Source: Callorhinchus milii (lineage: Eukaryota). Taken from it: DNA of 64,000 bases. The position numbers were made by a program, and so were the translations under genes. The notes beneath the pieces are model-generated. The model was not told the DNA's origin. It ran no database searches and saw nothing but the letters and a program-made list of their open reading frames with translations. Positions within the stretch are counted from its first letter, which is position 1. Each line of letters begins with the position of its first letter. Below, in pieces: positions 61,370 through 64,000 of the stretch. The stretch spans positions 23,128,001-23,192,000 of the forward strand of contig NW_024704743.1 in assembly GCF_018977255.1 (NCBI RefSeq), given 5' to 3'.

Positions 61370-61566
61370 CAGCTTCCAAAATCTCTTCACTTTGAATCTT
61401 CTCTTCCTGCCGTCAAACCTCTCTTAAAGATGTATCTCTTTGACTGTGCCTTTGATCATTATCCTCAAACTCCCTTTCATTCCCTTCCAACTCAGTAATC
61501 TTCATTCTTTTGGTACTTAAGCTATGTGAAAGGTGCAATATAAGAGCAAGTATCTGCTGTTGTTGA
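61370..61566 (+). mobile_element. Old L2 3' tail
   Basis: LKMYLFDCAF...GTGAAAGGTGCAATATAAGAGCAAG(TGT)n. Confidence 0.7.
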
Positions 61567-61654
61567 CTCAGGAATATAAAAATTGGCTTTAATTCCAATT
61601 TCTGTGAAGTCAGATTGTGACCAAAGGAAGTTCTTACCACCTGGGAAGAGCTTC

Positions 61655-64000
61655 ATAGAATCATAGAATTCTAAAGCACCGAAGGAGGCCATTCGGCCCA
61701 TCGTGTCTGTGCCGGATCTTTTAAAAGAGCTGTCCAAGTCAATCCCACTCCCCCACTCTCTCCCCATAGCCCTGCAAACTTGTCCTCCCCAAATAATTAT
61801 CTACTTCTCACTTAAAAGTTGTTATCGAATCAGCTTCCACCGCCCTTTCAGGCAATGCACTCCAGATCCGAACAACTCACTGCGTGAAAAAATTTCTCCT
61901 CACCTCCCCTGTTTCTTTTAGCAATTGTTTTAAATCAGTGCCCTTGGGTTACCGACCCACCCGCTAGTGGAAATACTTTATCCTTGTTCACTCTGTCGAA
62001 TCCCCTCATAATTTTAAAAGCTTTATTAAGTCTCCTCTTAACATTCTCTGCTCCAAGGAGAATAATCCTAGCTTCACTAGCCTCTCCTGATAACTGAAGT
62101 CCATCATTCCTGGTACCATCCTGGTAAATCTCCTTTGCACCTTCTTCAGTGCCTTGACATCCTTCCTAAAGTGTGGTGCCCAGAACTGAACACAGTACTC
62201 TAGCTGAGGCGTAACCAGTGTTTTATAAAGATTCATCATAACTTCCTGACTTTTGTATTCTATGACCCTATGTATAAAGCCTAATATCCCAGGTAGAGAT
62301 CTATAGCTCAGTGGTTAGAGCACTTGCCTCACAAGCGAGAGACCTGTGTTCGATTCCCGATTCACTTCAATTCACGACTGTTTGTGGGACACTGCTGTGT
62401 GCAATTGGCTGCCGCATTTCGCCCACAAATATATAGTCAATTCACTTCACTGTATATTCTGTGAAGCGCTTTGAGATGTCTAGAATACGTGAAAAGCGCA
62501 ATATCAAATGCAAGGATTATTATTATATGCTTTTTTAAAAAAAAACAGCTTTATCAATCTGTCCTGCCACCTTCAAAGATTTACTTATATGAACCTCCAG
62601 GTTTCTCTATTCCTTCACTCCCCTTTAAGATTGTACCATCAGCTTATATTGCCTCTCCTCATTCTTCCTCTTAAAATGCATTATTTAGCATTTCTCCACA
62701 TTAAACTTTATCAGCCATGTGTCTGCCTATTTTACCAGTCTGTCTATGTCTTCTTGCAGTCTGCTACTATCTTCATTACTGTTTACTTCTTTTCCTAGTT
62801 TAGTATCATCTGCAAAATTGGAAATTGTACTCCCTATACCCAAGTCTAGGTCATTCATTTCACTGATCAAAAACAGCAGTGGTCCCAATACTGCCCCCTG
62901 GGGGACACCACTGCATACTTACCACCAGTCAGAAAAACAACCGTTTACCACCACTCTCTGCTTTCTGCCTCCCAGTGAGTTCTGTGTCCGTGCTGCCACT
63001 GTCCCTTTTAATACCGTGGGCTTCTATTTTGCTAACAAGCCTCTTATGTGGCACTTTATTAAACGGCTTTTGAAAATCCATATAAACTACATCAACTGCC
63101 TACCTTCATCCACCCTCTCCATTACTTCATCAAAAAATCTCTTATCAGGTTTGTTAGACATGATTTGCCTTTAACAAATCCATATTGGATGTCCTTTATT
63201 AACCCACATTTTTCTAAGTGCAAATTTACCTTGTCCCGGATTATAGTCTCTAGATGTTTCCCCACTACTGACGTTAGGCTGACTGACTTGTAGTTCCCAG
63301 ATGTATCCTTCTGCTCCTTTGAGTAACATTTGCAACCCTCCAGTCCTCTGGCATCATCCCAGTGTCCAAGCAGAATTGAAAGGCTCTGGCCAGATCCTCC
63401 GTTATTTCCAACCTTCCTCCGTAACCCAACATGCATCCCGTCTGGACAGGTGACTTATCTACCTTGAGCACTGTTAACCTTTTTAGTACCTCCTCTTGGT
63501 TTATTCTTATCCAATTTCCCCACCCCTCCTCTTTTTTTTCCTTCTGTATCCCTCCTGAATACATTGTAATCAGCAATATTCAGCTCCTATCCCTGCCCTC
63601 TTTTGAGCTAAGTCTCTGTTATTGCCATTACATCATAACCCCATATGGCCACTTGAGCCTGCAGCTCACCAATCTTATTTGTCACACTCCGTGCATTTAT
63701 ACTCATGCACTCTAAGACTGACTGATTCTACTCTGCATTTCTCCTGGTTTAATCCCTCCTTTTTCTGGACTACTCCTTATTGCATTGCTCTTCGTCTCTC
63801 CTAACCCTCTGTGTAACTTGTTTCTCCTCTCTGAAGCTACATGTTGATTCTCTTCCCACTCAAAATTAGTTTAAACCCTTCCCCACAGCACTAGTTAACC
63901 TCCCTGCAAAAATTTTGGCCCCAGCCCTGGTCAGGTGTAACCCATCCTCCTTGTACAGGTCCCACCTGCCCTAAAATTGGTCCCAATGTTCCAGGAACCT
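61655..64000 (-). mobile_element. CR1 LINE: ORF1 esterase C-terminus, APE N-terminus, RT and 3' end, with internal deletions; runs off the window
   Basis: ORF1 63866-64000 RFLEHWDQF*GRWDLYKEDGLHLTRAG...GLN*; APE NARSVTNK..YDVMAITET; RT SLTSVVGKHLE, YCVQFWAPH; tail ATAGAATCATAGAA. Confidence 0.92.
62293..62526 (+). mobile_element. tRNA-derived SINE with an internal deletion, inserted into the CR1
   Basis: TAGCTCAGTGGTTAGAGCAC...GTTCGATTCC joined directly to CACTTCAATTCACGACTG; the CR1 is continuous on both sides. Confidence 0.9.

Noticed and set aside
1..64000. Prokaryotic-style systems (CRISPR, retron, operons, defence islands)
   Set aside because: No regularly spaced repeat-spacer array and no dense coding; all RT motifs belong to eukaryotic non-LTR or Penelope elements.

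Overview
Eukaryotic, vertebrate-type genomic DNA, most likely from a cartilaginous fish. The repeat complement resembles, from memory, the elephant shark Callorhinchus milii or a related holocephalan; no search was run. I could not recognise any host protein-coding exon, true tRNA, rRNA or CRISPR array in the 64 kb, so it looks like a large intron or gene desert. By hand tally roughly half of the window is decayed retroelements: L2 LINEs (at least three 3'-tail subfamilies), CR1 LINEs, one Penelope-like fragment with a degenerate hammerhead ribozyme, and an RTE/RTEX-like remnant. There are also many tRNA-Ala-derived SINEs with L2 tails (long and short forms), older DeuSINE-type and LF-SINE-like remnants, two candidate MITEs and a (GAA)34 tract. 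All long ORFs in the track are broken retroelement ORFs or chance ORFs. The most interesting unexplained signal is an interspersed, roughly 550-600 bp non-coding repeat family (about 9 copies) ending in a conserved GTCAG-N8-CTGAC hairpin plus A-tail, which I cannot assign to a known family. Other notable items are covarying SINE/L2 3' stem-loops with an apparent tail swap, a 240-bp locally templated insertion into an L2, and several repeat-free blocks with PBX/MEIS-type motifs. Element boundaries were read by eye and are approximate (tens of bp for old copies).
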